Below are positions 1 through 12,839 of a stretch of DNA of 64,000 nt, piece after piece; position 1 is the first letter of the stretch; every line of letters begins with the position of its first letter. Origin of the DNA: Octopus sinensis (lineage: Eukaryota); assembly GCF_006345805.1 (NCBI RefSeq), contig NC_042997.1:9486001-9550000 (forward strand), written 5' to 3'. Below the pieces are notes generated by a model. That model saw nothing but the letters and a program-made list of their open reading frames with translations. It was not told where the DNA came from and made no database searches. The translations under genes and the position numbers were made by a program.

Positions 1-116
1 ATATAATGTGAGTACATATGCATATATGTGTGTGTGTATATATAAATATATATATATATATATATACATACACACATAAACACACTTACACATACATATA
101 TATATTACACACACTC

Positions 117-518
117 TTTTACTCTTACTTGTTTCAGTCATTTTACTGTGGCCATGCTGGAGCACCGCCTTTAGTCGAGCAAATTGACCCCAGGACTTAT
201 TCTTTGTAAACTTAGTACTTATTCTATCTGTCTCTTTTGCCGAACCACTAAGTTACAGGGACGTAAACACACCAGCATCAGTTGTCAAGCGATGTTGGGA
301 GTACAAACAGACACACAAACATATACGCACACATACATATATATATACATTATATCAACGGGCTTCTTTCAGTTTCTGTGTACCAAATCCACTCACAAGG
401 CTTTGGTCGACCTGAGGCTATAGTAGAAGACACTTGTCCAAGGTGCCACGCAGTGGGATTGAACGCAGAACCATGTGGTTGGTAAACAAGCTACTTACCA
501 CACAGCCACTCCTGCGCC
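117..518 (-). mobile_element. tRNA-derived SINE, family S1 (head + internal (TA)n(TG)n + ACAAGTAAAAGA tail), full length
   Basis: Minus strand starts GGCGCAGGAGTGGCTGTGTGGTAAGTAGC (A-box-like) with a B-box-like segment. Matches copies at 10047, 12840, 14008, 15009, 20127, 27225 and 28368. Confidence 0.9.
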
Positions 519-645
519 TACTTATTGATAAACTATTGATAAATGTCATCAATTTAGCAAATGTATGTACATACACAGAATTGAAGCATATGAAGTATCA
601 GATCTGGTTGTAACGTCTCTTTTGAAAATACTGCCCTCAGTGTGT

Positions 646-3480
646 ATCATCGTCATCATAATCATTTAGTATCCATTGTCCATGCTGGCAAGGGTTAAAC
701 GGTTTGACCAGGGTAGGCAAGCTAGAAGGCTGCACCAGTCTCCAGTTTGATTTGGCATGGTTTCTATGACTGGTTGCCTTTCCTAATGCCAACCAGTCCG
801 AGAGTGTAATGGGTTGTTTTATGTGCCACCGGCATGGGTGCCATTTGCATGACACCTGTATCTACTATGACTGATTTTACTTAGCTTGGTGGAACTTCTC
901 AAACATGATATAATGCCAAAATCTTGGTCATTGCCTCTGTGAGGCCCAACACTCGAAAGGAGCTTTTCATGTGCCACTGGCATCAGCCACTTTGCCTACG
1001 TGAAGCCCAATGCTTGAAAGGTGCTTTTTATGTGTCACTGGTATGGGTGCCAGTTACATGACACCAACATCAGCCACGACTATGATTTCACTTGGCTTGA
1101 CAGGTCTTCTTAAGCACAGCATATCACCAAAGAACTCAGTTACTAGTCATTGCCTCTGTGAAGTCCAAAGTTCAAAGATCATGCTTCACCACCTCATCCC
1201 ATGTCTTCCAGGGTTTACCTCTACCACAGGTTCTCTCCACAGTCAGAGACCAGCACTTCTTTATACAGCCGTCCTCGTCCATACACATCAAATGACCGTA
1301 CCAGAGCAGTCATCTTTCTTGCACATCACATCTGATACCTCTTGTGCCCAACTTTTCTCTCAAGATGCTAACTCTGTCGAATATGCATGCTGACATTCCA
1401 CATCCATGAAGCATACTGGCTTTATTTCTTTCTGTCACAGCCTATGTTTCACTGCCATGTAGCACAGCTGTTCACACACAGGCATCATACAATTTGCCTG
1501 TCACTCTGAGGGAGAGGCCCTTTGTTGCTAGCTGAACTTTACCCAACTTAATCTTATTCTCACAGCTATGCTCTCAGAGCATCCATCCACACTACTAACT
1601 TGGTCACCTAGATAACAGAAGCTATCTACTAACTCTAGCTTAACCACCTGGCAATTGATGAAGTCTATTTTCTGTATATTTTTGGTGTTTATTGTACCTG
1701 TGCATCTTCCACACACAAAAACTATTTTCCCTGTTAACCTTTGTTTGATATTGCTGCACCTCTTATGTGCCCATAGCTTGCACCTGGTGCATCATATGGA
1801 ACTTCTACGAATGCCTTTTCTACAGATTGAGCAGGGTCATCTACCTGAAGGTATTTGTGATTTGTCTGCTTTCCTATTTACTAAGACTTTCGTTTTTGCT
1901 AGATTAACTCTAAGGCCCTTCGATTTTAGACATTGTTTCCATACCTGAAACTTCTCTTGATCTGGTAGTCTATAAGAACAAGGTCATCAACATTGAAGAG
2001 GAATTTAAGATAGGCTGCCACTGGGAGCAGCCTGTCTTAAATTCCTCTGTTATTGCCTGGAGGACTATGATGAACAAGAGGGGGCTGAGCACCGACCATT
2101 GGTAGACCCCTAATTGTACCCTGAATTCTTTGCTGTACTTGTTGTCAACACTTGCCTTAATGATAGTGTCCCTGTACATGGCTTGTACAGCTGTCACTGA
2201 CCACTCGTCTATTCCTAGGTTCCACATTGACCACCAGATAAGGGATCAGGGGACCCTGTCAAAGGCTTTCTCCAATCCAAGTCAGCAAAAGCCAAGTACA
2301 GAGGTTTATCTTTGACTATGTATTTCTCCTGCAGCTGCCTTACCAGAAATATATTACCAGTAGTGCTTCTCCTTGGTACAAAACCAAACCACATCTCATC
2401 TAGACTAACTCTCTCCCTAATTAGTTGGGCTATGACCCTGTCCATAAGTTTAATTCTGTGATCCAACAATTTAAACCACCATAACTATTTCTATCCAAAG
2501 CATCACTTTTACCTTTGTAGCAGTTGACTATGGTGCTGCTACATCATTCATTGGGCATGACTCCTTCATGAGCCACCTATTTTACAATATGGGTGACTAG
2601 ACAATAACCCTCACCTCCGGATACTTTAAGCATCTCACTGGTGATTCCTGATGGACCAGGGGCTTTCTGTGTCTTCATATCCTTAATTGCTTTATCTACC
2701 AAAAATTCAGGTAGCTGGTCCCTCAATCGGTCAACATTTGGCAGACTCTCCTCCTCCCGTTCATTCTCGACATTTAGCAGTCTTTCATAAAGGCACTTCC
2801 AAGTCACTTTCTTCACAGAATCAATAAATGCAAGTGCCCCATCATCCACGAGGAGACATTTCTCTCCTATGACAACACAATTTTCTTTCACACACCACTG
2901 TCTTGCAATCCAATGCACTTCAGGTCTCTGGCCTTCACATCGCTGAACATAGGTAAACTCCTTTTTTGCTTCTCCCTTGGCTTGATATGCCTGTCAACTA
3001 GTTACCTTCTGGCTATCTGATACAGCTCCTTGCTATTCCCAATCTTCCAGGTTTTCTAGGCCTGTTTCTTTGCTCTAGTGACCTAGTCTGCAGCATCATT
3101 CCACCATCACATCATCCTAGGTCCGGATGGGACTTCGGTCTGTGGCACTCAACAAGCTATCCTACAGGAATACCCAGTTTCCCTTTATGTCACAAGTCTG
3201 TAGTTTCTCCTCCCTTTCATTAAATATCTCATTTAGGATGTCCCTAAATCTCTGACCATATGAAGAGTTCATAAGATTCCAAATCCTTCTTTTTCAGATT
3301 GGTCTGCTTCTTGATATCCTTCTGGTCTCGAGACTAAAATCACTTATGACTAGCCTATACTGAGGGCTACATTCTTCACCAGGGTGAGTCCACACACAAA
3401 TCAGCAGGCATGCTTCACAATAGAGAAATTACGACCATGATCTACATATTGCAAGCAAAGTTTGTAAGCTTTACTGAAAA
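646..3480 (-). mobile_element. RTE-clade LINE, 5'-truncated and frameshifted (endonuclease C-terminus, RT, 3' UTR, (GAT)n tail)
   Basis: ORF fragments KAPGPSGITSEMLK, IFLVRQLQEKY..KDKPLYLAFADL, GVYQWSVLSPLLFIIVLQAITEEFK. 3' UTR has GCACATAAAA..CACC repeats and ends in a GAT tail near 646-665. Confidence 0.9.
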
Positions 3481-3786
3481 TTTCTTAAGAAAAAGAAACT
3501 AAGGTTTGTCCTAGAACTCTGAATCTGATCAGCTCTTCAAGAAAGAATTCATTTCCTTTTGACAGACCCAGTGAAATAGCAGCAGCTTTATATTGCTAAA
3601 GTTATCTAAGTAGGTTTCTTTACATGTATATGTTCTTCCATATTTATATCAAAATTTAACACACAATTAATTCTTTTATTCACTTATTTCTTGGTTTCCG
3701 TTTTTCTTAGCCCTGCATGGTATGACCTCTTTAATTAAGTCTTAATATCAAGTCTTTTTCATAACCAATCTGTGACTTTTTGGCTT

Positions 3787-4000
3787 ATATATACATGCAT
3801 GTATATGCATACATATAGATATATATATATATATACATACAAAGATATAAATATATAATATATATATATATACACACACACACACATACATACATACATA
3901 CATACATACATACATACATACATACATACATACATACATACATACATACATACATACATACATACATACATACATACATACATACATACATACATACACA
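3787..4000. repeat. Compound microsatellite (TA)n/(CA)n/(ATAC)n
   Basis: Long ATAC run visible directly; it explains the CMYV-repeat ORFs. Confidence 0.97.
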
Positions 4001-4059
4001 AACATTATATAAATACATATTGAAAGTAATTGAAATTGAAACCATATAATAGTGAAAGT

Positions 4060-4303
4060 ATTAATAGAGATGTTTCACTTTTGATACATAATACGGAAAC
4101 AGTATAAGAGATAAGAGATTTCTCCAGGCTCACATTAGGCAAGAAATTGAATATTTATTTTAGCCCATGATACTGTATGGACCCTAAGTAAGGCATGTGT
4201 AAAATTTGAATGAAATCCATTGGATAGTTCTCAAGTTTTAGTGATACACACATACATACATACAGGCAGATGGATACACATTCTCAGTTTTATATATATA
4301 GAT
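4060..4303 (-). mobile_element. Probable non-autonomous Helitron-like element
   Basis: Minus strand starts TCTATATATATAAAA followed by a tetranucleotide microsatellite, typical of short Helitron derivatives. Shares AGAGATAAGAGATT..CATTAGG.AAGAAATTG..GCCCATG with 35460-35860. Confidence 0.5.
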
Positions 4304-4384
4304 ATTCTCTCATATTTATATCAAAATGTAACACACAATTAATTTGTTTTATTTAATTGACTTCGGAATTATATCGAAATATGT

Positions 4385-4830
4385 GGTCAAAAAATTTTCT
4401 GAGGGTAAGGAGAGGAACTTAGGAAAATCCACATATGATAGCTTTCCTTCCTCATAACTTTCAGAGAAATCAGCATTTTTTAATGAAATTTTCTAGATAC
4501 TTTTCAAAGAGTATAGATTATGATTATATTGGAATTTAACATGAAACAAAAAAAATTTGGTGAGTCCGTACACATACTGACACAAATCATAAGAAACTTA
4601 AAATTCCAGAAAAAAGTGTATTGTGTGTTAGTGTATATATATGTGTGCATGCTCACTGTTTTTCTTTTTACATCAGTTTCTAATATAATTTTAATTTACA
4701 CACTCCGAAAAGTATTTGTTGAAAATTTGATTAAAAATACTCAGCTTTCTGAAAGTTATGAGGAAACAAATCCAACTCATGTGAATCATCTACTCATCTT
4801 CTCACCCACCGAAAAATTTCTTTTACAACA
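4385..4830. mobile_element. Fold-back MITE-like element with long imperfect inverted arms
   Basis: About 4450-4495 (TCCTCATAACTTTCAGAGAAATCAGCATTTTTTAATGAAATTTTC) is the approximate reverse complement of about 4720-4765. A third arm lies near 5100-5145. Confidence 0.6.
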
Positions 4831-4977
4831 AATTCTGATATTTACGGAGATGTACTTGCATAGAAAGTGATCTGATCTGAGATAGTGTGCTGGAACAAAA
4901 ACAATTGCAGTGTGGAAGGTGTTTATAGGCCATTTAAGAAACACACAAAAAACGTTAGATTCACTTCAACATTTAAA

Positions 4978-5030
4978 TTTGTCAAAAATGTTTTCATCAC
5001 TTTGAGACCACAACCTGTTCACTGACAAAA
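4978..5030 (-). ncRNA. Decayed hammerhead-like motif with G3-C8 swapped core
   Basis: Minus strand TTTGTCA-GTGAACA-G-GTTGT..GTGAT-GAAA-ACATTTT-TGACAAA. Stem I is 7 bp perfect; stem II pairs mostly by G-U. Confidence 0.35.
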
Positions 5031-5689
5031 TTCCGTGCTGCATCCTCCCTTTCATCAAATTTCTTGATCATAATTTATGCCATCTTAAGCATATTTGTAG
5101 AAAATTTCATTAAAAAATATCCATTTTTCTGGAAGTTATTAGGAGACAAAGTGGTGGAAGGGTGTCTCACACCTGTAGGTATGCCATATAAATAAGAGTT
5201 AAGATAAATTTAGAAAAACATTTGCTTCATTGATTTCAGTCATTCGGGGCAGCCAAGACATTTCTGAAAATTCCCTATGATGGTTATTAAAAGATTTCTG
5301 TAATCATTTCTCTAACAACATTACTTTGTGAACTTACAAAGGAGACCTTTATTTATTTAGAAAATTCAAGTAACGGTAGACTGACAACTAATTTCAAAAC
5401 AAAAAGCAATATTGGTTTTATGCACATGCAGACACACACACACACACACACACACACTGAAATATACAGGGTGCAGCAGAAAAAAAACTCATATTTAGAT
5501 GGCCTAGAATGACAAATATGAGAGGTTTATATATTGTGGTTACGGTGTTGCACTCACAATTGTAAGATCACTGATCGATTCCTAGACTAGATGTATTGTG
5601 TTCTTCAATCATTTCATCATCTGACATTGTAGAACATCATGTGCCTGTACAAGTAATGTCAATTTGAGTCCTCCATATATATTAAATTC

Positions 5690-6470
5690 CTTTTAGTTCT
5701 CCTGTCTAGCTTTGCTAATTCAGTTTTTGTATCTAAGTAATGATACTGCTCGATTATTTATAGCCTTCACTAGATTCGAGCCATTTAGCTTTGACTTCAT
5801 TAACTTCCTCACCCCTCTGTTGTGCTTCGTCTGGCACCACCATCCGTTCGTGGCCGTTGCCAGCACCGCCCCGACTGGCCTTGTGCTGCAGGCACATAAA
5901 AAGCACCATCCGTTCGTGGCCATTACCAACCTCGCCTGGCCCCCGTGCCGGTGGCACATAAAAAGCGCCATCCGTTCATGGCCATTGCCAGCCTCGCCTG
6001 GCCCCCGTGCCGGTGGCACATAAAAAGCACCATCCGATCGTGGCCGTTTGCCAGACTCGTCTGGCACATAAAAAGCACCCACTACACTCATGGAGTGGTT
6101 GGTGTTAGGAAGGGCATCCAGCCGTAGAAACATTGCCAAATCAAACTGGGCCTGGTGCAGCCTTCTGGCTTCCCAAACCCCAGTTGAACTATCCAATCCA
6201 TGCTAGCATGGAAAGCAGATGCTAAACGATGATGATGATGATGATGATTTCTATAGTTAGTACTCTGTCAGATTCTAATACTCCTAGATACTTAAAATTC
6301 TCTCCTTTCAATGATTTTAATGTCTGGCCATTTGGTAATTGGATGCCTTCACTGTTGACTACCTGTCTCCTTCTCATAACTAATATTGCACACTTATCTA
6401 TGCCAAATTCCATGCCTATAGCATTGCCGTAGAATCTTAGTTTGTATTAAAGAATCTATAATTTTTTTCA
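5690..6470 (-). mobile_element. R4/Dong-clade LINE RT fragment, split by an insertion at 5843-6248
   Basis: MEFGIDKCAILVM...KYLGVLESD (6250-6413) continues as VRKLMKSKLNGSNLVKAINNRAVSLLRY (about 5720-5830). Confidence 0.8.
5843..6248 (+). mobile_element. RTE 3'-UTR-derived element with about 62-bp tandem sub-repeats and (GAT)n tail
   Basis: Repeated GGCACATAAAAAGC.CCATCCG.TC.TGGCC units, then AGGAAGGGCATCCAGCCGTAGAAAC and a GAT tail. Homologous to the 3' UTRs of the LINEs at 646 and 48975. Confidence 0.85.
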
Positions 6471-6489
6471 TTCTTACTAAAAAGTTTCA

Positions 6490-6735
6490 GTTCATATATG
6501 TATATGTGTGTGTGTGTGTGTGTGTTTGTGTGTCTGTGTTTGTCCCCCTAGCATTGCTTGACAACTGATGCTGGTGTGTTTACGTCCCCGTCACTTAGCG
6601 GTTCGGCAAAAGAGACAGATAGAATAAGTAAGTACTGGGCTTACAAAGAATAAGTCCCGGGGTTGATTTGCTCGACTAAAGGCGGTGCTCCAGCATGGCC
6701 ACAGTCAAATGACTGAAACAAGTAAAAGAGAGAGA
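6490..6735 (+). mobile_element. SINE S1, 3' half
   Basis: (TG)n followed by the S1 3' domain and tail. Confidence 0.85.
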
Positions 6736-6739
6736 GTAT

Positions 6740-7335
6740 CCATGTAAAGCAAATAGTTAATTTTTCTCTTACTATTTTTGAACTGGTACCCTGCCTTTGC
6801 CTTTCTTAATACATTTGATCCCCCTCAGTAGATTTAATGCAGATACTCTTCAATTCCAAAGCTTAAGTTTTTATAACTACTTCGGCATGAAAAATTTGAA
6901 GCTCACAAAATTAAATTCCCTGATCACTTACTGATTAAATTGAAGTATTTCTATGGTTTTTCTCTCTTTGATTACATTCGCTTGAAAACTGAGTTTCTAG
7001 TTTTATATGCCTGCCATGAGTTTTCATAAAGAAATGTGCATGAACTAATTGAGCTGATGAAAGCAAGACACTTCACATCTAGCTTCAAAGAAGTATTTCG
7101 TTTGCCTCAGTTAATTCTAACTATACTTTGCAACACCACTTCAGCAAAAGGCATATTTTCTGCTCCAAAAGGAATAAATACTTGCTTTCGTGAATCACAA
7201 AGTCAGGAAAGACCAAATAGCTTTGGTTTACTTTCAAATGAAAAAAAGTGTACTGATGCAGCTCAAGCAAAGTGGCTCATTGTACGATGAGATTATCAAA
7301 CATTTTACAGCTCAAAGAAGAAGAGAGCTTATATA
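6740..7335 (+). mobile_element. hAT transposase C-terminal (dimerisation domain) remnant
   Basis: LILTILCNTTSAKGIFSAPKGINTCFRESQSQERPNSFGLLSNEK resembles the hATC pattern LxLTxPxTSASAERSFSxLKRIKTxLRxxxxQERLxxLxLLxIE. Confidence 0.7.
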
Positions 7336-7601
7336 TCAGTAATTTAAGTAAGTAAAATTATATGGTTTCTTATTTTCCAGTGTGTGCATAAGAAAATTAT
7401 GGCTTATTTTAGAATGCTTACAATTTATAGAGTAATAGTGCTTCAGTTTACTTCAATGCCATATATCTGTATCCCAATTGAATTAAATTTACATTATTTG
7501 CATTTTGAATCCCACATTTTGAATAGAAATACACAGTTTGAATGCCTAATTGAGTAATACTAATGTTAGTCGTAGTATGGTCAGTTTGGCAACGATAAAT
7601 A

Positions 7602-7609
<8 letters not shown>

Positions 7610-7635
<26 letters not shown>

Positions 7636-7701
7636 TATATATATATATACATACATACATACATATATATATATATACATACATATATATATATAATATA
7701 T

Positions 7702-7766
<65 letters not shown>

Positions 7767-7770
7767 AAGA
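7610..7770. repeat. Compound (TA)n/(TACA)n/(GA)n microsatellite
   Basis: Seen directly. Confidence 0.95.
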
Positions 7771-8436
7771 GATTTTTAGATATTTATTTCTGTAGAGAGG
7801 GATAGATAGATATGCATATCTATCTATATATATGCATATATACACATTTATACACATATATGTTTATATATATATATAAATATATATATATAGATTATGT
7901 CATATGTAAATAAACATGTTTTTGAAGCGTTGAAATGTATTGTAGAACAAGTAGAAAGACATTTTCAATGCATAAATACTGGACAGTATTTACGCATTGA
8001 AAATATGTCTTTCTACTTGTTTTGTATATATATATATATAGATATACATACATACATACATACATATATATATTTATAGATAGCTAGATATAGATATGTA
8101 TATATGTATGTATTTATGTAGATGTACTGGTGATAGAGTGATGCATGTTTTGTCAGATCTCACTGAAAAGCATTGTGGTTTCCAAAAGCCCATGGCAATA
8201 AAAAAACGGCTACCAGCAATGATAATAACAATAATTCATAATAAATGAGAATATCTTATATTTATGCTTGTTGGACCTAACGTTGTTGGTGGTGTTGTTG
8301 TTGGTGGTGGTGGTGGTGCTGGTGTGTTGGTTGCCATACCACTAAGGGAGTAATGCATGTTTTGTTAAACTTCACTATAGAACATTATTTTTTTACAAAA
8401 CCTTTGATGATAAAAACCAGTTAACTGCAATGATTA

Positions 8437-10040
8437 CACTGGTCAATAAACTTTTTGCTGACTTCAGTTTTGTGGTTGTTATTAGTTAATTTTCAGATGC
8501 TGATTTCAAATATGGCATCTATTTTTTACTAACATGTCAGGTTTTCATTCTATAGCATATCCCTATTTTGTGATGTACTTTATAAATAATTATCTATTAA
8601 GTCTTATGGCTTTAAAACATTAGTTATAATGTCAACAGAATATGAAATGATAATTGAAATGTAAGATAGCATCACTTTTTACTAAATACATACTGTTGGT
8701 TCTCTAATATGATGGGTAAAACACAAACCATCATTCACATACCTTCATATTCCCAGAATAAATTTCTGCTTGTGTGAGCACCTGGAGTGTTTCATGTCTA
8801 CATAGTCTCTTTGAATACTCTAACAGTAGTCTGCCATCATATGTGTGCTCCATTGGCCTTGATATCTCTCCTCCATAATCTTTATTGCTTAATGAAAATG
8901 CTCACTATGCTCTTTGCTCACATCTCTGAGATTAGCAGAATATTCATTGAGATGGTTATTGAGGAAATGAAGCTTTATGCTCATGCTGCAGCCTAAAAGA
9001 TGAAAGCTATCAAGTAAGGTCTCCACCAAATCCTTGTAGTTTGCAGCCTCTTCACTTCCCAAAAATCTTCTCACAAGATCCACAAATGAATCCTATGCTC
9101 TTTTTTTATGTCAGTCATTGAGCTTAAGAAATTCTGTCATTTCATTAACTTTCTGATATGTGGCCCATCAAAAATACCGGTCGTAGCTTTGACAAATTGC
9201 CTCATTAGTCCTAGTTTAATATGAAGGGGTGGGAAGATGATTTTTCTCTCAAACAAGTAGTTGGTGTATGATATTCTTCTCCCCAACAGTCAAACTTTAC
9301 CTAATTGACCAGAGTTTGTATTCCCAATGTTTTTAACTTGCTTGGCTATCCCATAAACACAGGAAACACAGATATTTTGTTTACACTCCTTATTGGCCAA
9401 GTAAAAAGCTGACCATTTTTAGATCCACACATATGACCCATTTGTGTTCATCATACTTGAATAAATCTAATACAACTTTTATTTAATCATAATTCTCTTT
9501 TAAGTGCACAGAATGGCCAATAGGAAGCACACCAAACAAGTTTCTGTTGTGGAGTAATATACATTTTAGACTCTTCTTTGAACTAGCTATAAGAGTCTCC
9601 ATTCACTAGGATCATATTGTTCAACACCCATCACGTTTAACAGTCCAATCATGTCACAACAATAAACAACATTTTTTCCAGTTGTAAAAAACACCAAGAG
9701 ATTCTTTTTTCCTGTTTCAATAAAAAGTCACTTTTGTTTCTTTCTACAACAAATTCTTCTTTAAGTCCAAAGCTAACAGTTCTGACAACTCTTTTGACAG
9801 TTTTAAGTCTCTAACTAAATCATTAAGCTCTGCCTGGTTGAAGTTTTCACATTCTTTGGTTGATGTTTTTTTACCAAGTCTGTATCACTTTTACATCTTC
9901 TTTACGTATATCACTTTCATCTTGCAGTGAAGGTAGACCCTTGAAAACAGGTACTAGTATTTCATTTGAATGGATAAATTGCTGAATCCAGATTTGGGTA
10001 ACTTATTTCTAGCTATGTCAGAATGCTGGCATGAAAAATA
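8437..10040 (-). mobile_element. Chapaev3-like (CMC superfamily) DNA transposon remnant with one terminus
   Basis: FLGSEEAANYKDLVETLL..LGCSMSIKLHFLNNHL..SANLRDVSKEHSEHFH, plus YPNLDSAI and HSNEILVPVFKGLPSL near 9940-10000. CACTGG terminus at 8437. The superfamily assignment is from memory of the GCNMSLKIHFL..GERFHQD motif. Confidence 0.65.
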
Positions 10041-10046
10041 CCTTAT

Positions 10047-10415
10047 AGGTACAGGAGTGGCTATGTGGTAAGTAGCTTGCTTACAAACCACATGGTTCCG
10101 GGTTCAGTCCCACTGTGTGGCACATTGGGCAAGTGTCTTCTACTATAGCCTCAGGCCAACCAAAGCCTTGTGAGTGGATTTGGTGGATGGAAACTGAAAG
10201 AAGCCCGTCGTGTATATATATATATATATATATGCATGTGTGTGTGTTTGTGTGTCTGTGTTTGTCCCCCTAGCATTGCTTGACAACTGGTGCTGGTGTG
10301 TTTATGTCCCCATTACTTAACGGTTCGGCAAATGAGACCAATAGAATAAATACTGGGTGGTGCTTCAGCATGGCTGCAGTCAAATGAGTGAAACAAGAAA
10401 AAGAGAGTAAAAGAG
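10047..10415 (+). mobile_element. SINE S1 (small internal deletion)
   Basis: Head, internal microsatellite and tail as in other copies. Confidence 0.9.
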
Positions 10416-11729
10416 TTATACTTAAATATTTTAGCATAGAATAAATATTTTAACATAAAAGCTAGATTATATGTATGCAAAATATATTTATTAAACATTA
10501 AAACATCTCACTGTCCATGTGTCCTTTTAAGTAACATTTTACCAGGTAGAAGTTGATACAACGTTCCCAGTATCATGACTAACAAACAATCAATTAAAAT
10601 TTCTAAAGAATGCAGGAAAAAATATATGAAATAAAACTGCTTTTCACTGCCAGCAGTTTGAGTTGTAAAACTTTTTATAAAAAGAACTCAAATCTCACAA
10701 ACTTGCTTTTAAAAATTGATTGTAACTTTCAAAAATGAGTATGATATTAATGTTGAAGCAATGTTACTCATGATAACAAGAAAGTACTTCATGTGTGTAG
10801 GATTCTTGAAGAACTCAATGAAGATAGACAAAAGATATTATCCACACCAGAATTTTCATATATAAATCATCTTATACTTAATTCTGTTTAGCACTAAATA
10901 ACAGAAGCTTAAATATGCTTATATAAAATACATATATCAAGTGAGATACTTTAATGCCTCATATATGAATTTTGTCTATGTATATTAAAAAGCTTCTATT
11001 TTATTGTGCTAAATGCATTTAAGTATAAGATATCTTGTATATCAATACTCTGTTATAGATAATATTTTTCTGTCTATATTCATCAACTTATCTATAAATC
11101 CTTTACACATGAGATATTTTCTGGCAATGAAGAGAAATATTTTCTCAGTTATAATACAGCAACCATTTTGTAAGTTGATCATAAAACATTTTTTACAGCA
11201 AATTTTCTATTTTTTTCTAAAGCAGTTATAACTGAAACTGACTGTGACTAAATGATAAATTTCATATTTCATTAACATAAAAATATTTCAAAAGCATGTA
11301 TTATATTATTTTCTAAATGCTTGTGAAATATTTCTTAGTCCACTGTTATTTAGAGCCATGCCCCAGACAAAGGTACATGTGTATTTTAATTTCTGTCAGC
11401 TACATTATTACCAGAAACATGTATGTGTCAGGAAATATTCTTTAATGCATGATATATAAATTTTGTTTAAGTATTCTGTGATTGCTAAGTATGAAACATA
11501 CTTCGTGACTAAGTAGACATTTTAAACTGTTATCTAAATTAATTTTAGGAGCTATATTTTTGACTTCAATGTTTATATTGTTATATATTTGCATGCACTT
11601 CTAAAAAAAACCATGGTAATATTTTACTGAAATATTTGTTTTTTATTACAGAGTATAATTTTTTTCTGATATCTTAATATTCTTAACGTTGTATTTAAAT
11701 TTATTAAGGAAGGTATTAGTGTATTTATA

Positions 11730-12125
11730 GGAGGGTGCTAGTAGCGTGCTAAGAGCACCATCTATGCGTGATCGTAACCTGAGCGGCTAACTGGCTTCCA
11801 TGCCGGTGGCACGTAAAAGGCACCATTCGAGCATGATCATTACCAGCATCACCTTACTGGCACCTGTGCCAGTGGCATGTGTAAAAAGATTCAAACAAGG
11901 TCGTTGCCAGTACCGCTTGACTGGCCCCTGTGCTGGTAGCATGTAAAAGCACCCACTACACTCTCAGAGTGGTTGGCATTAGGAAGGGCATCCAGCTGTA
12001 GAAACTCTGCCAGATCAAGATTGGAGCCTGGTGCAGCCATCTGGTTTGCCAGCGCTCAGTCAAATCGTCCAACCCATGCTAGCATGGAAAGTGGACATTA
12101 AACGATGATGATGATGATGATGATG
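11730..12125 (+). mobile_element. RTE 3'-UTR-derived element
   Basis: GGCACGTAAAAG.CACC sub-repeats, GGAAGGGCATCCAGCTGTAGAAAC and (GAT)n tail. Confidence 0.85.
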
Positions 12126-12839
12126 GAAAAATCATTATAACACAAAAACTAACAAAATAACCACAGCTAGCAGGAGCAAAATTGCAAATCCTAATTCATC
12201 AGTCATAGTTATGTAGTGCAAAAGTAATCATGTATGAAAAATATTTTTCATTAAACTGACCCTTAATATAGGGTATAAACACTCTAGAAGTGTGGCAGAA
12301 GATAATTTAATAGATTTTAATCAGTCATACTACTTCCTTCAGGAACATAGAAAGAAAGAACTCGGCAACATTGTCCAATTAGATCGTAGATTCAAAAGAA
12401 TATGATGATTATTTTGATAGCAAGTGGATGTCCTTGAGCAAAGCCAGTTGTATAGAAATGCACTAAAAAGATACAGTTTATGAACAGCTGCAAAAAAGCT
12501 GCAAATTAAGTAAATACCAGAACAAAGCCCCAAACTCCTCTGCTTACATAAGGGTCTTGTCAAATATGCATAACTGGATTAAATGAAATAGCACTGAACA
12601 ATCATGCACTATCATTATTTTATAACATCTCACATATTCTTATAATTGTATAAATAAAAAAATTAGATAATTTCTATTTAACTTAGTTATTTACTGACCT
12701 TTCAAAGCCCATTATAATCATTGCAACCCTATATTTTCTTATATATTATCATTGCATCATTCTATATTTCTATGTCATGCTGTTTCTCTATTCTACATGT
12801 ACTTTGTATTTTAATTAATAATCAAAGGTAGCATATATA

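Noticed and set aside
5843-6080. CRISPR-like array
   Set aside because: Eukaryotic context; the units are whole tandem repeats with no unique spacers.
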